This document shows positions 1-9,182 of a stretch of 64,000 bases of DNA, one piece after another. Position 1 is the stretch's first letter, and every line of letters starts with the position of its first letter. The stretch comes from an uncultured delta proteobacterium (GTDB lineage: Bacteria; Myxococcota_A; Polyangia; Palsa-1104). The stretch covers positions 480,001 through 544,000 of the forward strand of contig CAWAWS010000003.1 in the NCBI GenBank assembly GCA_963785725.1. Direction: 5' to 3'. Position numbers and translations under genes: made by a program. A model generated the notes under the pieces. It did no database searches, was not told the DNA's origin, and saw only the letters and a list, made by a program, of their open reading frames with translations.

Positions 1-920
1 TCGGTTTGCAGCGTCCCCGTTGGCATCTCGTAACGTGCTTCGAGGGTGTGGCGAATCTCGGCAATGGTGCGCGAGCCGTCACAGATGTGCCAGATCGCCG
101 CGCCCGAAGCGTTGAGCGAGATCGCGTCCGCGCGCCCGGGAATCTCCAGGAACAGCGAGCCCAAGAGCTGGCCCTCCCGCACGTCCGCTCGTTTGCATGG
201 TCGGAGAGACGCCAGCTCATCGCCTTCGTCATCGGCTGGCGCGGCACCGTCGGCGGCATCGCGGCTCGTCGCGAGGTCCGCCACCGCGTGAGGGACACGC
301 GCCTCGGCCGCGGCGATCACATAGGCGACCTCGTCCGCGTCGCCGCGCGCGCCGTCGCAGCGCGCCGTTTCCGCGCGAATGAGGCTCATCAGCTCGAGCC
401 AGCGCGCGACGATCTTGCGCAGATCGGTCGAGTGGATGAGGACCGGCAGCCGAACCGCCGCCAGCTCGAGCTGGCGATCGACACAGAAACGGTCGAGGAA
501 CGAAAATGCCGCGCCCAAACCGAACGGGCCCGCGCCCGCCGGACGGTCGAGCCAAGCGCCGGCCTTGGCCTGACCGGGCCGTATCTCATCCGCCATGGCG
601 GCGCGGAAGTCGAAGGTCGGCTCGACGAGCAGGATGGTGCCCTGCACGTCCTCGGTGAAGAGCCATTCGAGCAGCCCTGCCGCTCTTTGATACGGCGGAT
701 AGACGTCGTCCGTGTAGGGATGCGGTGACCAGGACATCGTCGTGACGACGCGCGCGTGCGGAGACGACGGCAGCGGCCGCGACGGGTCTTGCGCGACGAG
801 CCGAACGAGCTCGCCCGGCTGCCGCACCCGATGCCAGGAGCGCGCGAGGCGCCCAACCTGTCCGTCGACGTCGCCGGCGGCGTCGTCATGGGACGACGTG
901 CAGAAAACGGTGTAAATCAC
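1..920 (-). CDS. SERGT/HPAT-like (GT96/GT95-like) glycosyltransferase domain fused to C-terminal PqqD/RRE; 3' end beyond window edge
   Basis: Not in the ORF track because it has no stop in the window. Manual translation from GTG 920 (overlaps upstream stop): VIYTVFC...SWHRVRQPGELVRLVA...WSPHPYTDDVYPPYQRAAGLLEWL...IHSTDLRKIVARWLELM...LNASGAAIWHICDGSRTIAEI. Clear paralog of 10154-11272. Confidence 0.8.
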   Translation of the reverse strand, partial: MIYTVFCTSSHDDAAGDVDGQVGRLARSWHRVRQPGELVRLVAQDPSRPLPSSPHARVVTTMSWSPHPYTDDVYPPYQRAAGLLEWLFTEDVQGTILLVEPTFDFRAAMADEIRPGQAKAGAWLDRPAGAGPFGLGAAFSFLDRFCVDRQLELAAVRLPVLIHSTDLRKIVARWLELMSLIRAETARCDGARGDADEVAYVIAAAEARVPHAVADLATSRDAADGAAPADDEGDELASLRPCKRADVREGQLLGSLFLEIPGRADAISLNASGAAIWHICDGSRTIAEIRHTLEARYEMPTGTLQT

Positions 921-1945
921 GCCTTCGCCTCTCCCTCGACGCGGCGCCGTCGTGCCGTCGCGCCGCCCGAAAAGTGGCCCCAGCCGAAGGTCGCGCGCGG
1001 GTCGACCTCGGTGCCGCGATGGAACCACATGGTGACGGCGAAGCGGCTGTCGGCGAACGCGCCCGATGGACAGCGCACCGGCAGCGCTTCGTGCAGCTCG
1101 TCGCTCGGGAACACGACCAGGCGATTGGCCAGCGGCGCGATGGCCGTGAAGGTCTCGGCCGCAGTCCGCGCGCCCGCGGCCTCGACGCGGTCATAGAGAC
1201 GCAGCTCGCCGCCGGCGAATCCGCGCGGCTGGCGATGCAAATAGTAAATACAGGTGAGCAGGCGCGGGATATCCGCAGCCTCGTCGGTGTGCGTCTTGAA
1301 ATAGTAGCCGTCCTTGGCCGCCGTCAGCTGCGACTCGAAGGCGGCGAGCGGGAAGATGGGCGTGCCCAAAATCTTGCCGAGCAGCGGAAGCCAAATCAGC
1401 AGCCGATTCTCGAGCAGCCGACTGTGCACCGACTCTTGGAAGTTCAAGATCGCCTGATTTTGTCGTACGCCGGGCTCGTAGGCGCTCACCGTTCCCGCTT
1501 GGAAGTGCGCTTCGGAGAAGAGCGCATAAGCGAGCAGCTCGTCATGCTCCGGCACGCTCAGGAAATCGTCGACGACGAAGAAGCGCGGACGGCACAGGCG
1601 CAGGGTCGGGCCGCTCTCGACTCCATCGTCGCGCCACCGCTCGTCTCGCGCGTCCATTGCCTGGCTCGGTGGCCGGAGAAGCTCGCCCTTCCTTGCGCCG
1701 CCAGGCCTGGGCGGCTCGAGGACGACGGGCGGATGGCTCTCGATGGAGACGAGGTTGGCCGTCTGAAAAGACCAGGCGACGCGGCCACCCGCGAGCGGAA
1801 GCTGGACGAGCTGGTTCTCGGCGTTGCGATTGGCGAGCGCGCCGAAGAGGACGGCCAGCTCCGGCGCGCCTTCTTGCAGGCTCACTTGGCGCGTGTCGCC
1901 GCCGGCCAAGCGAATCGTGAGCGTGATTTCGCGGGGCGCCGCCAT
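917..1945 (-). CDS. 2OG-Fe(II) oxygenase, prolyl-4-hydroxylase-like, with uncharacterised N-terminal domain
   Basis: HxD (FKTHTDE), GGELRLYD, NRLVVFPSDELHEALPV and DSRFAVTMWF motifs. Start MAAPREIT is coupled to the upstream stop. Paralog of 11269-12255. Confidence 0.85.
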   Translation of the reverse strand: MAAPREITLTIRLAGGDTRQVSLQEGAPELAVLFGALANRNAENQLVQLPLAGGRVAWSFQTANLVSIESHPPVVLEPPRPGGARKGELLRPPSQAMDARDERWRDDGVESGPTLRLCRPRFFVVDDFLSVPEHDELLAYALFSEAHFQAGTVSAYEPGVRQNQAILNFQESVHSRLLENRLLIWLPLLGKILGTPIFPLAAFESQLTAAKDGYYFKTHTDEAADIPRLLTCIYYLHRQPRGFAGGELRLYDRVEAAGARTAAETFTAIAPLANRLVVFPSDELHEALPVRCPSGAFADSRFAVTMWFHRGTEVDPRATFGWGHFSGGATARRRRVEGEAKA

Positions 1946-3942
1946 CACGCCGCGGCCTCCCAACCCGCCTCGCTGAAGCGCGCGACGATTCGCGCCGCTT
2001 CGTCCGGCTGGCTGAAGCGCAGCTGCGCCGCGGGCCGCTGTTCGACGAGCCGGCAGAGGTGGTTGACGGCGCGATCGCGGTCGATGCGAAAGTCGATCGA
2101 GGCGCCGATCAGCGCGGCGACCGCCTCCGCCGGCGACATGGGCGCGATGCGACTGTCGCGCGTATACAGCGGCGTTCTCTTGGCGATCACCAGTCGCTCG
2201 AGCGGAGCGGCAAAGCGGCCGGGCCCGGCTGCGCCTTCGGGCTGCGAGCGCGCGCACAGCGGCACGGCCACCAGGTCGGCCGCGCGGATGGCGATGACGC
2301 TGCGATCGATCAGCCGAAAGCCTTGCGCCTCGATGGCGCGCACCAACGCGTGGGTGGGATCGGCGATCTCACCCGCGATCACGAGGCCGCGCCCGCCTTT
2401 GACGAACGCCGCCGCCGAAAGCCACGTGTAGTTGTGGCGCGCGCGGGCGTAGATGCGGGCGATGTACCGCTTGAGCACGAGCGGCAGCTCCTTCGCGCCG
2501 CAGGCTATCTTCTGATCGCTGCCACGCTGCGCGATGCTGTAGGTCGTGTCGTGGCCGACGTCGAGGTTGGCGATCACGTTGCGCGCCTGCGTGGTCGCGT
2601 CCGCGCCCAGCTGCACGGAGAGCTGCTTGAGCAAGGCGGCGTCTTTGCACCACACGGCCACCTGCAGATCCTCGAAGCCGACATACACGACCGCTTCGTC
2701 TTTGGGCGCGAGCGCGGGCGCGCTCGGGCGCGCACCCAAAGACGCCGGCTTTGCCTCCGCGACCTTGACGAGCGCGCCCGTCTCGAGGACCTCGGGCAAG
2801 AGGAAGCTCTCGGGCCACTCGCGCATCCAGGCCGGGTTGAGCTGCTGGCTGACGCGATTCCACGAATAGGGCCCGGCGAAATCCTCGACCATCTCGCCGC
2901 GCTCGAGCAGGATGCACTCGCTGACGGCGTGGCGGCCGCGCTCGAGCTCCGCCTCCGCGTCCGGCAGCTCGTTCCACAAGTAGCGAAAGGCCTCGGGCTT
3001 GCCGCGATTGCCGCGATAGCGCTGGATCAGCCCGGTGAACGTGCTCGTCATCGTGCCCATGAACTCTTTCGCTTCCGCCGCCACGAGCTGCGACAGATAG
3101 GCGAGGCTCAAGCTGTCGCTGCGCGGCAGCTTGAGCAGCTCGCGGCCGTAGTGATCGAGGATGTGCCAATCGATGAAGTAGTGATGCGGATAGGCCTGCT
3201 TGATCGCCGTGAAGAAGGGATCGTCGCGCTCGTCGGTGAGGATGACCAACGGCTCCCTGCGGCTGAACAGCGGCTCCATCGCCTCGAGGGCTTCGGCCGG
3301 CTTGCGGTCGAGCGTCGTCACGCCGTAGGTGACCTTGAAGTCGCCGCGGCGGAAATGCACCGCGTTGAAGGCGCCGAGGTCGCGCGCCACGCGCTGGGCG
3401 AGCTCGGCGAACGGGCGCTTCGCCTGCATGTTCCGCAAGAGCCGGTACACCGATCGCCGCGTCTCGTGATCGAAATAGAATTGATAGCTGTAATAGCCGA
3501 GATTGGAGCGCTTATTCGCCTGCTCGGACAGCGCCAGCACGGGGATTTGCTCGTGCTCGCCCGTCACCGTCACCCAGTGGCGCCGACTGCGTGCGAAGGC
3601 GCGCGCATCGGACGAGGACACGTCGAGCGTCTTCGGAAAGTAGAGCGCGCAGTCCCACAGCGAGTGCTCGGTGAGCTCGCGGCGCGCCAGCCCAGCGAGG
3701 TCGACGGCGTCCGGCTCGACCCACGCCACCGGCATCTCGATGAGGTCGGTGACCCGGCTCGGAACGGCGTTGTCGACGCGACCGTCATAGCTGACGAGGT
3801 TGGCGGGTGGCGGAATATTGCCGTCGAGCACCAAGAGGCGATTGGTCAGATGCGCCAGGATCACGCCGATTTCGATCGACATGATGCCGTTGGACAGCCC
3901 CGAATTTCCCGACTGATAATTGGTGTACAGGAGATAGCGCAT
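1945..3942 (-). CDS. O-fucosyltransferase-like (GT-B) protein with C-terminal degenerate HPr-kinase-like domain
   Basis: SGLSNGIM..AHLTNRLLVL, FNAVHFRRGDF, VILTDE and EFMGTMTSTFT match the O-FucT pattern. C-terminal WLSAAAFVKGGRGLVIAGE resembles HPrK-related kinases but lacks an intact Walker A. Confidence 0.75.
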   Translation of the reverse strand: MRYLLYTNYQSGNSGLSNGIMSIEIGVILAHLTNRLLVLDGNIPPPANLVSYDGRVDNAVPSRVTDLIEMPVAWVEPDAVDLAGLARRELTEHSLWDCALYFPKTLDVSSSDARAFARSRRHWVTVTGEHEQIPVLALSEQANKRSNLGYYSYQFYFDHETRRSVYRLLRNMQAKRPFAELAQRVARDLGAFNAVHFRRGDFKVTYGVTTLDRKPAEALEAMEPLFSRREPLVILTDERDDPFFTAIKQAYPHHYFIDWHILDHYGRELLKLPRSDSLSLAYLSQLVAAEAKEFMGTMTSTFTGLIQRYRGNRGKPEAFRYLWNELPDAEAELERGRHAVSECILLERGEMVEDFAGPYSWNRVSQQLNPAWMREWPESFLLPEVLETGALVKVAEAKPASLGARPSAPALAPKDEAVVYVGFEDLQVAVWCKDAALLKQLSVQLGADATTQARNVIANLDVGHDTTYSIAQRGSDQKIACGAKELPLVLKRYIARIYARARHNYTWLSAAAFVKGGRGLVIAGEIADPTHALVRAIEAQGFRLIDRSVIAIRAADLVAVPLCARSQPEGAAGPGRFAAPLERLVIAKRTPLYTRDSRIAPMSPAEAVAALIGASIDFRIDRDRAVNHLCRLVEQRPAAQLRFSQPDEAARIVARFSEAGWEAAA

Positions 3943-4590
3943 CTATTCCCTCGTCGCCGTGCCTGCAGCAGTCGCGGGATGGTAGTGAACGAAGATTCCC
4001 GCGTAGAAATCGCCGTCGAGCGGATAGGGGCGACCATGCGCCAGACGCACGCCTTCATAGAGGACGTATTCGCCCGGCTCCATGTCGACTTGGTGCACTC
4101 GACCGTCGAGGCCCTCGATGTGCAGCGGCCAGCGCGACTCGAGCGCGTGATCGATGCAGATCGTCGAGCTGACGAAGTGCGGCTGGCGATCGACATGGTT
4201 GTACAGGAAGGTTCCGCGTTGATAGCAGCGAATGCCGTAACAGGCCGAGAGCTCGAGCAGCCTACCCGCCCACGCTTCGTGCAGCGGCTTGAGCTCGTCG
4301 GCGAGCTGCGCGTTGAACGCGTCCTCTTGGAATAGGAGCGCCGGAATCACGTCTTGGCGAGCGCTGCGAATTTCGTCGGAGGCGCGCTCGGGACGAAACT
4401 GCGCCAGGTTGTCGCGCAACTGCGTCACCAGTCGTGCGTGGATGGCCGGCGCCAGTCGCCCCTTTTGGAAGCCGAGCCCGAGACTGGGCGCCGCGGCCTG
4501 CATCTCTTCGCACTTCTTGCGTAGATACGGCGGCGCCGTCAGCTCCGTCAGCAGCGGCTGCCCCGGCTCGGCTTCGCGCGCGCGACTCAT
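3943..4590 (-). CDS. 2OG-Fe(II) oxygenase-like hydroxylase
   Basis: YGIRCY..LYNHVDR (HxD), WPLHIE, MEPGEYVLYEG..AHGRPYPLDGDFYAGIFVHY. ATG 4590 overlaps the upstream TGA (ATGA). Confidence 0.75.
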   Translation of the reverse strand: MSRAREAEPGQPLLTELTAPPYLRKKCEEMQAAAPSLGLGFQKGRLAPAIHARLVTQLRDNLAQFRPERASDEIRSARQDVIPALLFQEDAFNAQLADELKPLHEAWAGRLLELSACYGIRCYQRGTFLYNHVDRQPHFVSSTICIDHALESRWPLHIEGLDGRVHQVDMEPGEYVLYEGVRLAHGRPYPLDGDFYAGIFVHYHPATAAGTATRE

Positions 4591-5915
4591 GCGTGCTCCT
4601 TCTGAAGGCGCCTCCGCGCGGCGAGGCCGAGGTCGAAAAATCGGCGCTCGAGGTCGGTCTTGGCCGAGGCGCGAAAGCTGGCCAGGTTCTCGGCGAGGAA
4701 GTCGCGATCGGCGAACAGCTGCTTGTTCCACGCCGAGCCCAAGAAGGGGCCGCCGCAGCCGTCGTTGACGTCGGCGTAATAGTGGAAGAACGAGCCGGCG
4801 GCGACCGACTCCTGCTGCGGCACCGGTGTCATGAACTGCGGCGCTTGCAAGAGCTCGTAGTCGACACGATTGGCCGTCAGCGCCATGGCAAAGCAGGCCA
4901 TCTCCGCCATCCACACGCGGCTATCGGGAAGGCCGCCGGTCTTGCCGAGCAAGTAGATGATCTGCGCGAAGCGGAAGCAGTCTTTGATGACCTTGTCGTG
5001 CTTCAAGGTCGCGCCGGTCATGAAGACGGTGACGGCGCCGCGTTTGAGCTCGGTTCGACAGCCGAGCGCACCGAGCAGCTGTTGCAGGTCGATGCCGCTG
5101 TCGTCGTCGCCGCGGCTGAGAAAGCGCGGGTCGCGCATGATCGCGTCCGCGGCCAAGGCATTTCCGACCGGGAACACCTCGCGGTTCAGGTCACCGTACA
5201 AGAAGACGTCGCTGTCCATGAGGCAGACGAGATCAGCGGCAGCGACCCGCGGCGCCATCGCGTTGAGGGCCTCGACGCGGTTGAGCGCCACGTAGCCGCC
5301 ATCATGCGACGAGAAGTCGATCTTGTGGCTGTGCGCGTGGTTTCGTCCCGTGAGCACGCCGACCCCGTAGAGCGAGACGAGACGCGTCAGCGCCGGCGAA
5401 AGCGCCGCATGATCGTTGCACACGACGAGCGTGATGTCCCAGCCGGGCGCGAGCTGACCGACGAGCGACTCGAGCAGAATGCCGAGCTGCCAATGAAAAT
5501 ACGGTTTGTCCTCGACTCCGAAGACGAAGCGCACGCGCGGCCGGAGCGCGACTCCCGTTACCGTGTCGTCCGCGAAGGCCACCTCGTCGGCGAGCGCGCG
5601 CTCGGATGAAGGCAGCGCCAAATCGATCATGCCGAGCTGCGCAAAGTGGAACAGCGCCTCGGTGATATCGGCCAGGATGCGAACGTTTCTTCCGTCGTAG
5701 CGCGTGCGCAGCGCGTCGAGCATGTCGAGCGCCGTGTGCGCACCGTCGCAGAGCTGCCAGACCGCGGCCGCCGACTCGTTCAGCGCCAGCGCGACCTCAC
5801 CATCGGGCGACAAGACCACGAGCTCGTTGGCGACGGGAAACAACGAAAAGCCCAGCTTCGCTTGCGGTCGCGCGCTCGAACGGCCGCGAGCACGCGCGCC
5901 CATGTCGTTCATCAA
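4587..5915 (-). CDS. N-terminal PqqD/RRE fused to hydroxyproline O-arabinosyltransferase (HPAT/GT95)-like domain
   Basis: RRE: LALNESAAAVWQLCDGAHTALDMLDALRTRY. GT motifs PYFHWQ, GGYVALNR, LMDSD (DxD), WMAEMACFAMA, FFHYY and WNKQ parallel recalled plant HPAT motifs. Confidence 0.75.
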   Translation of the reverse strand: MMNDMGARARGRSSARPQAKLGFSLFPVANELVVLSPDGEVALALNESAAAVWQLCDGAHTALDMLDALRTRYDGRNVRILADITEALFHFAQLGMIDLALPSSERALADEVAFADDTVTGVALRPRVRFVFGVEDKPYFHWQLGILLESLVGQLAPGWDITLVVCNDHAALSPALTRLVSLYGVGVLTGRNHAHSHKIDFSSHDGGYVALNRVEALNAMAPRVAAADLVCLMDSDVFLYGDLNREVFPVGNALAADAIMRDPRFLSRGDDDSGIDLQQLLGALGCRTELKRGAVTVFMTGATLKHDKVIKDCFRFAQIIYLLGKTGGLPDSRVWMAEMACFAMALTANRVDYELLQAPQFMTPVPQQESVAAGSFFHYYADVNDGCGGPFLGSAWNKQLFADRDFLAENLASFRASAKTDLERRFFDLGLAARRRLQKEHA

Positions 5916-5991
5916 TGACGTCTCTCCCGCGCAAGCTTCGGGTTTCGGGCCGCGACGATGCTACCGCGATTTCACGAGCCACGAGCGCAAA

Positions 5992-7005
5992 TTAAAGTAT
6001 CCAGCCGCGCGCCTGCGCCTCTTCGAACGTCACCGCGAGCGCCCAATCGGCCTCCGAGTGAATGGTCACGGGATCGGGATTCTTGCCGGTGAAGACATCG
6101 GGGTGCGCGCGTTTCCGCTGAAAATCGAAGCCGGAGTACAGCTCGTATTGGCGCAGCGTGCGCGCGCGTCCGAGGCTGTAGGGCCCGAGCGTGTGCCCCT
6201 CGTTCGCGTAAACCAGGCGGCGCAGTCGCTCCAGCGCCGTGGCGTTGCGCCGGCGAACGACCTCGTCGCCATGCTCCCAATGACGACGCGGCGGCGCGCC
6301 CCGGTGCAACATGTGCCAAGCCAGCACCTCGGTCGGCAGGAAGAAGTCGTATCCCCAGGTATAGCTGCGAACCGAGACGCTCAGCTCTTCGCCCCAATAA
6401 TAGTGGTCGGGATCCTGCGGCACCTCGACGTTCCATTGACCGCGCGTAAAGACGAAGCCGCCGTTGACGACGCGGGTTCTGCCCGGCTTTTGCTGGTTGG
6501 GCTCGCCGAAGCCGAACCACGGCGCCCAGCCGCCTTGCTCGGACCAGTCGCTGACGCGCGTCGTCGGCACGCCCATGTCCAAGCGGCGCTGCAGCGAGCC
6601 GTCGTCATCGTAGTAAAAGAGCGGCGAATTCATGGTCAGGATCGGCTTTTCGGCCGGGAGCGACTCGAGCATCTGGACCAAGCGCGCATCCCAGCCGGGC
6701 TCGAGCTTCATATGCGAATCGATCTGCAGCGTATAGGGCTCGCCGCGCCACTGCGACTGGGCCAGATTGCGCGCCCACGGTCCGCCTTGGCTCTCTTGGA
6801 CGGTGCGATCGATGAAGCGAAAACGCACATCGCGACGGAACCGCGACAGATCGAGCGGCGCGGCCGGATCGGCCTGCCAGCAGATGCCGAAGCGGAGCGC
6901 GGCCGGATGGCGCGCCATCGCCAGGCAGTCGTCGAGCGTGCGCGGCAGCTCCGGGTCGGCGTAGGCGGCAATGGCGACGAAGATCCGCTGGTCCGTCTTC
7001 ATCAC
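5992..7005 (-). CDS. Skp1-hydroxyproline N-acetylglucosaminyltransferase-like (GlcNAc family, GT60-like)
   Basis: IFVAIAAYADPE, LRFGICWQ, SQGGPWARNLAQSQWRGEPYTLQIDSHM, GGFVFTRG, YYWGEELSVSVRSYTWGYDFF, LGRARTLRQYE. Confidence 0.85.
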   Translation of the reverse strand: MMKTDQRIFVAIAAYADPELPRTLDDCLAMARHPAALRFGICWQADPAAPLDLSRFRRDVRFRFIDRTVQESQGGPWARNLAQSQWRGEPYTLQIDSHMKLEPGWDARLVQMLESLPAEKPILTMNSPLFYYDDDGSLQRRLDMGVPTTRVSDWSEQGGWAPWFGFGEPNQQKPGRTRVVNGGFVFTRGQWNVEVPQDPDHYYWGEELSVSVRSYTWGYDFFLPTEVLAWHMLHRGAPPRRHWEHGDEVVRRRNATALERLRRLVYANEGHTLGPYSLGRARTLRQYELYSGFDFQRKRAHPDVFTGKNPDPVTIHSEADWALAVTFEEAQARGWIL

Positions 7006-7084
7006 GCGCGCTCGAGCTTACACCACCGAGCGGCATGATAGGCTGCAGCGTCTACCGCTCGCCAAGCGACGAGGACGACCTTCG

Positions 7085-9169
7085 ATGATGGACATCGTCG
7101 CGCGCGAGCCCGCGCAGCGCGCCACTTACAAGATCTATTTCCCGCTGTTCGATGACGTCGAGTCACTCAGCAACGAAGTGCGGCTCACCCATCAAGGGCT
7201 GCGCCAGCACCCGCACGTGCAGCTGGTCGACCGGCCGGAGCTGGCGGACTATCTCGTCCTCTGCCAGAACCACCTCGTCGCTCACAATCCGCATCACGCG
7301 CGCTTCGTCGCGATCAAGGACCAATACAAAGACAAGACGATCATGCTCGACTACGGCGACGATCCCCATGAGCTATGGGATCGGCACGACTTCCGCTGGC
7401 GGCTGTACTTCAAGCGCAGCGTGGTCGATCGGCGGCAAGGGCGCGTGCTCGGCTATGCCGGTCTGCCGGTCTGGCCGACGGCGTACGCGGTGGTCGACGA
7501 CATGTGCGAGCCGCCGCTGCCTCTCGACAGAGAACACCGTCACGCGCGCCCGCTCGACCTGTCCTGCCTGTTCGACGATAGCGTCCTCGAGAGTCCGTAT
7601 TTTCGGCTGGCCCGCGGGCGGCTGCTCAAGTTTGCCAAGCGTCTCGTGGCGACGCACGGTCTGAACGCGCAGCTCGGGACCGTCTCCGAATGCGGACCGG
7701 TCGGCCGGTCGGCCATCGATCCCAAATACAAAGAATGCCTGTGGGCCAGCAAGATCGTGTTGCACGCCAACCCGGATCGGTGGGAAGGCGATGCGCGGCT
7801 CTGGGAGGCGCTGGCTGCCGGCGCGCTGGTATTCGTCGAACGGTTGCATGCGCCCATCGCGCACCCGCTCGTCGATGGCGAGCATCTCGTCTTCTACGAT
7901 TTCACCGACGCGGGCATGGCGATCCTCGAGCGGCAGATCCTGCATTACCTGGCGAGCGACACAGAGCGCGAGCGCATCGCGGTGCAAGGAAGGCGGTTCG
8001 TGCTCGCGCATCATCGTTCGATTCACCGGGCCAACGAGATCATCAGTCGACTCGAGCAGCCGAGCGCCACCAAGGTCACGGCGAGCGCCAAGCCCGACAT
8101 CATCGTGGCCATGGCCAGCGGCTGCGCGCGCCTCGGCGACTACCGGACCTTCGTCGCGACCTTGCGCCGCAGCGGCGCCACCTGTCCCGTCTTTCTCGGC
8201 ATCGACGCCGGCTCCGCGTCCGCGCCGATCAAAAAGTACCTGCTCGAGCACGCCGTCAATTACTTCATGGTCGAGCCCATGACGGGTGGCGACCGCTTCG
8301 GCGAATACGCCAAGTGGCTACGCGACGTCGATTTTCGCTACGCGCTGCTGCTCGACTTCGGCGCCACCTACTTTCAACGCGATCCGTTCCTCGACGTCGA
8401 CGGCTACATGGCTGGTTGCGACCTTCTCGTCATGTCGGAGCTGGTCTTGGGGCGCAAGGCGGCGCTGCTGCGATTACTCGACGCGCTCGCCGCGCTCGAC
8501 CCGTCGCAGCGCGTCCAGCCGGACGTGCTGAGTCAGCTCGCACGGACAGGCCATCTCGACCATTGCGGTCGGATCCAGATCGAGCGCGCCGGCCAGAGCC
8601 TCGTCCATCAGCGTGAAGGACGAGTCGAGCCGTTGCGCGATCACGACGGCTGGCTGCTCGATGACGACGGCAACGTCTCCTCCGTCGTGCAGTGCGACAC
8701 GCGACTCCCCGACCTCGCGCCGTTCGTGTCGCGGTTGAGCGATTACGAGCAGCCGGACGAGCTGTTCGTGGCGAGCGGCAGCCGGCCCTATCGCGGGCAG
8801 AAATTCACGCTGTCGTCGCGCGCCGGGCTCAGGCCCGACGCAGTCTCGCGCCTGATCGCGCTGGCCAAGAGCATCTCCGTCGACAAAAAGCCGCTCTTCG
8901 TGCTCGACCGTCGTTTCCGGCGCGGCTTCGTCTTTGCTTACGGCGTGCTGAGCATCGATCTATTGGCGGAACCCGAGCCGCTGCGGCGCCGCTTCTTCCA
9001 CCCTTCGGACGACCGCAAGAAGTGCGCGCAATTCTGCGAGAAGCACGGTTACGCCGTCTTCCGCGTCGACGAGCACGCGCTCTTCGCGAGCGTCGGAGCG
9101 ACCGCGGATCGCGTGCTCACCGCGGACAGCTTTGCCGAAGCGCGCGCGCTCGCCGAGCGTTGGATCTGA
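7085..9169 (+). CDS. Multidomain glycosyltransferase (CgeB/Glyco_trans_1_2-like N-half plus degenerate GT-A-like C-half)
   Basis: SKIVLHANP..RLWEALAAGALVF..LVDGEHLVFYD..RERIAVQGRRFVLAHH. Second domain FVATLRRSG..LLLDFGATYFQRDPF. Start approximate. Confidence 0.65.
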   Translation: MMDIVAREPAQRATYKIYFPLFDDVESLSNEVRLTHQGLRQHPHVQLVDRPELADYLVLCQNHLVAHNPHHARFVAIKDQYKDKTIMLDYGDDPHELWDRHDFRWRLYFKRSVVDRRQGRVLGYAGLPVWPTAYAVVDDMCEPPLPLDREHRHARPLDLSCLFDDSVLESPYFRLARGRLLKFAKRLVATHGLNAQLGTVSECGPVGRSAIDPKYKECLWASKIVLHANPDRWEGDARLWEALAAGALVFVERLHAPIAHPLVDGEHLVFYDFTDAGMAILERQILHYLASDTERERIAVQGRRFVLAHHRSIHRANEIISRLEQPSATKVTASAKPDIIVAMASGCARLGDYRTFVATLRRSGATCPVFLGIDAGSASAPIKKYLLEHAVNYFMVEPMTGGDRFGEYAKWLRDVDFRYALLLDFGATYFQRDPFLDVDGYMAGCDLLVMSELVLGRKAALLRLLDALAALDPSQRVQPDVLSQLARTGHLDHCGRIQIERAGQSLVHQREGRVEPLRDHDGWLLDDDGNVSSVVQCDTRLPDLAPFVSRLSDYEQPDELFVASGSRPYRGQKFTLSSRAGLRPDAVSRLIALAKSISVDKKPLFVLDRRFRRGFVFAYGVLSIDLLAEPEPLRRRFFHPSDDRKKCAQFCEKHGYAVFRVDEHALFASVGATADRVLTADSFAEARALAERWI

Positions 9170-9182
9170 GTCGCTGCTGGCT

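Noticed and set aside
2059..4335. Long ORF-track entries antisense to or overlapping real genes (e.g. 2059-4335 +, 27448-29172 +, 33978-35759 -)
   Set aside because: Shadow ORFs of high-GC coding sequence: Arg/Ala-rich with no motifs, while the opposite strand has recognisable proteins.
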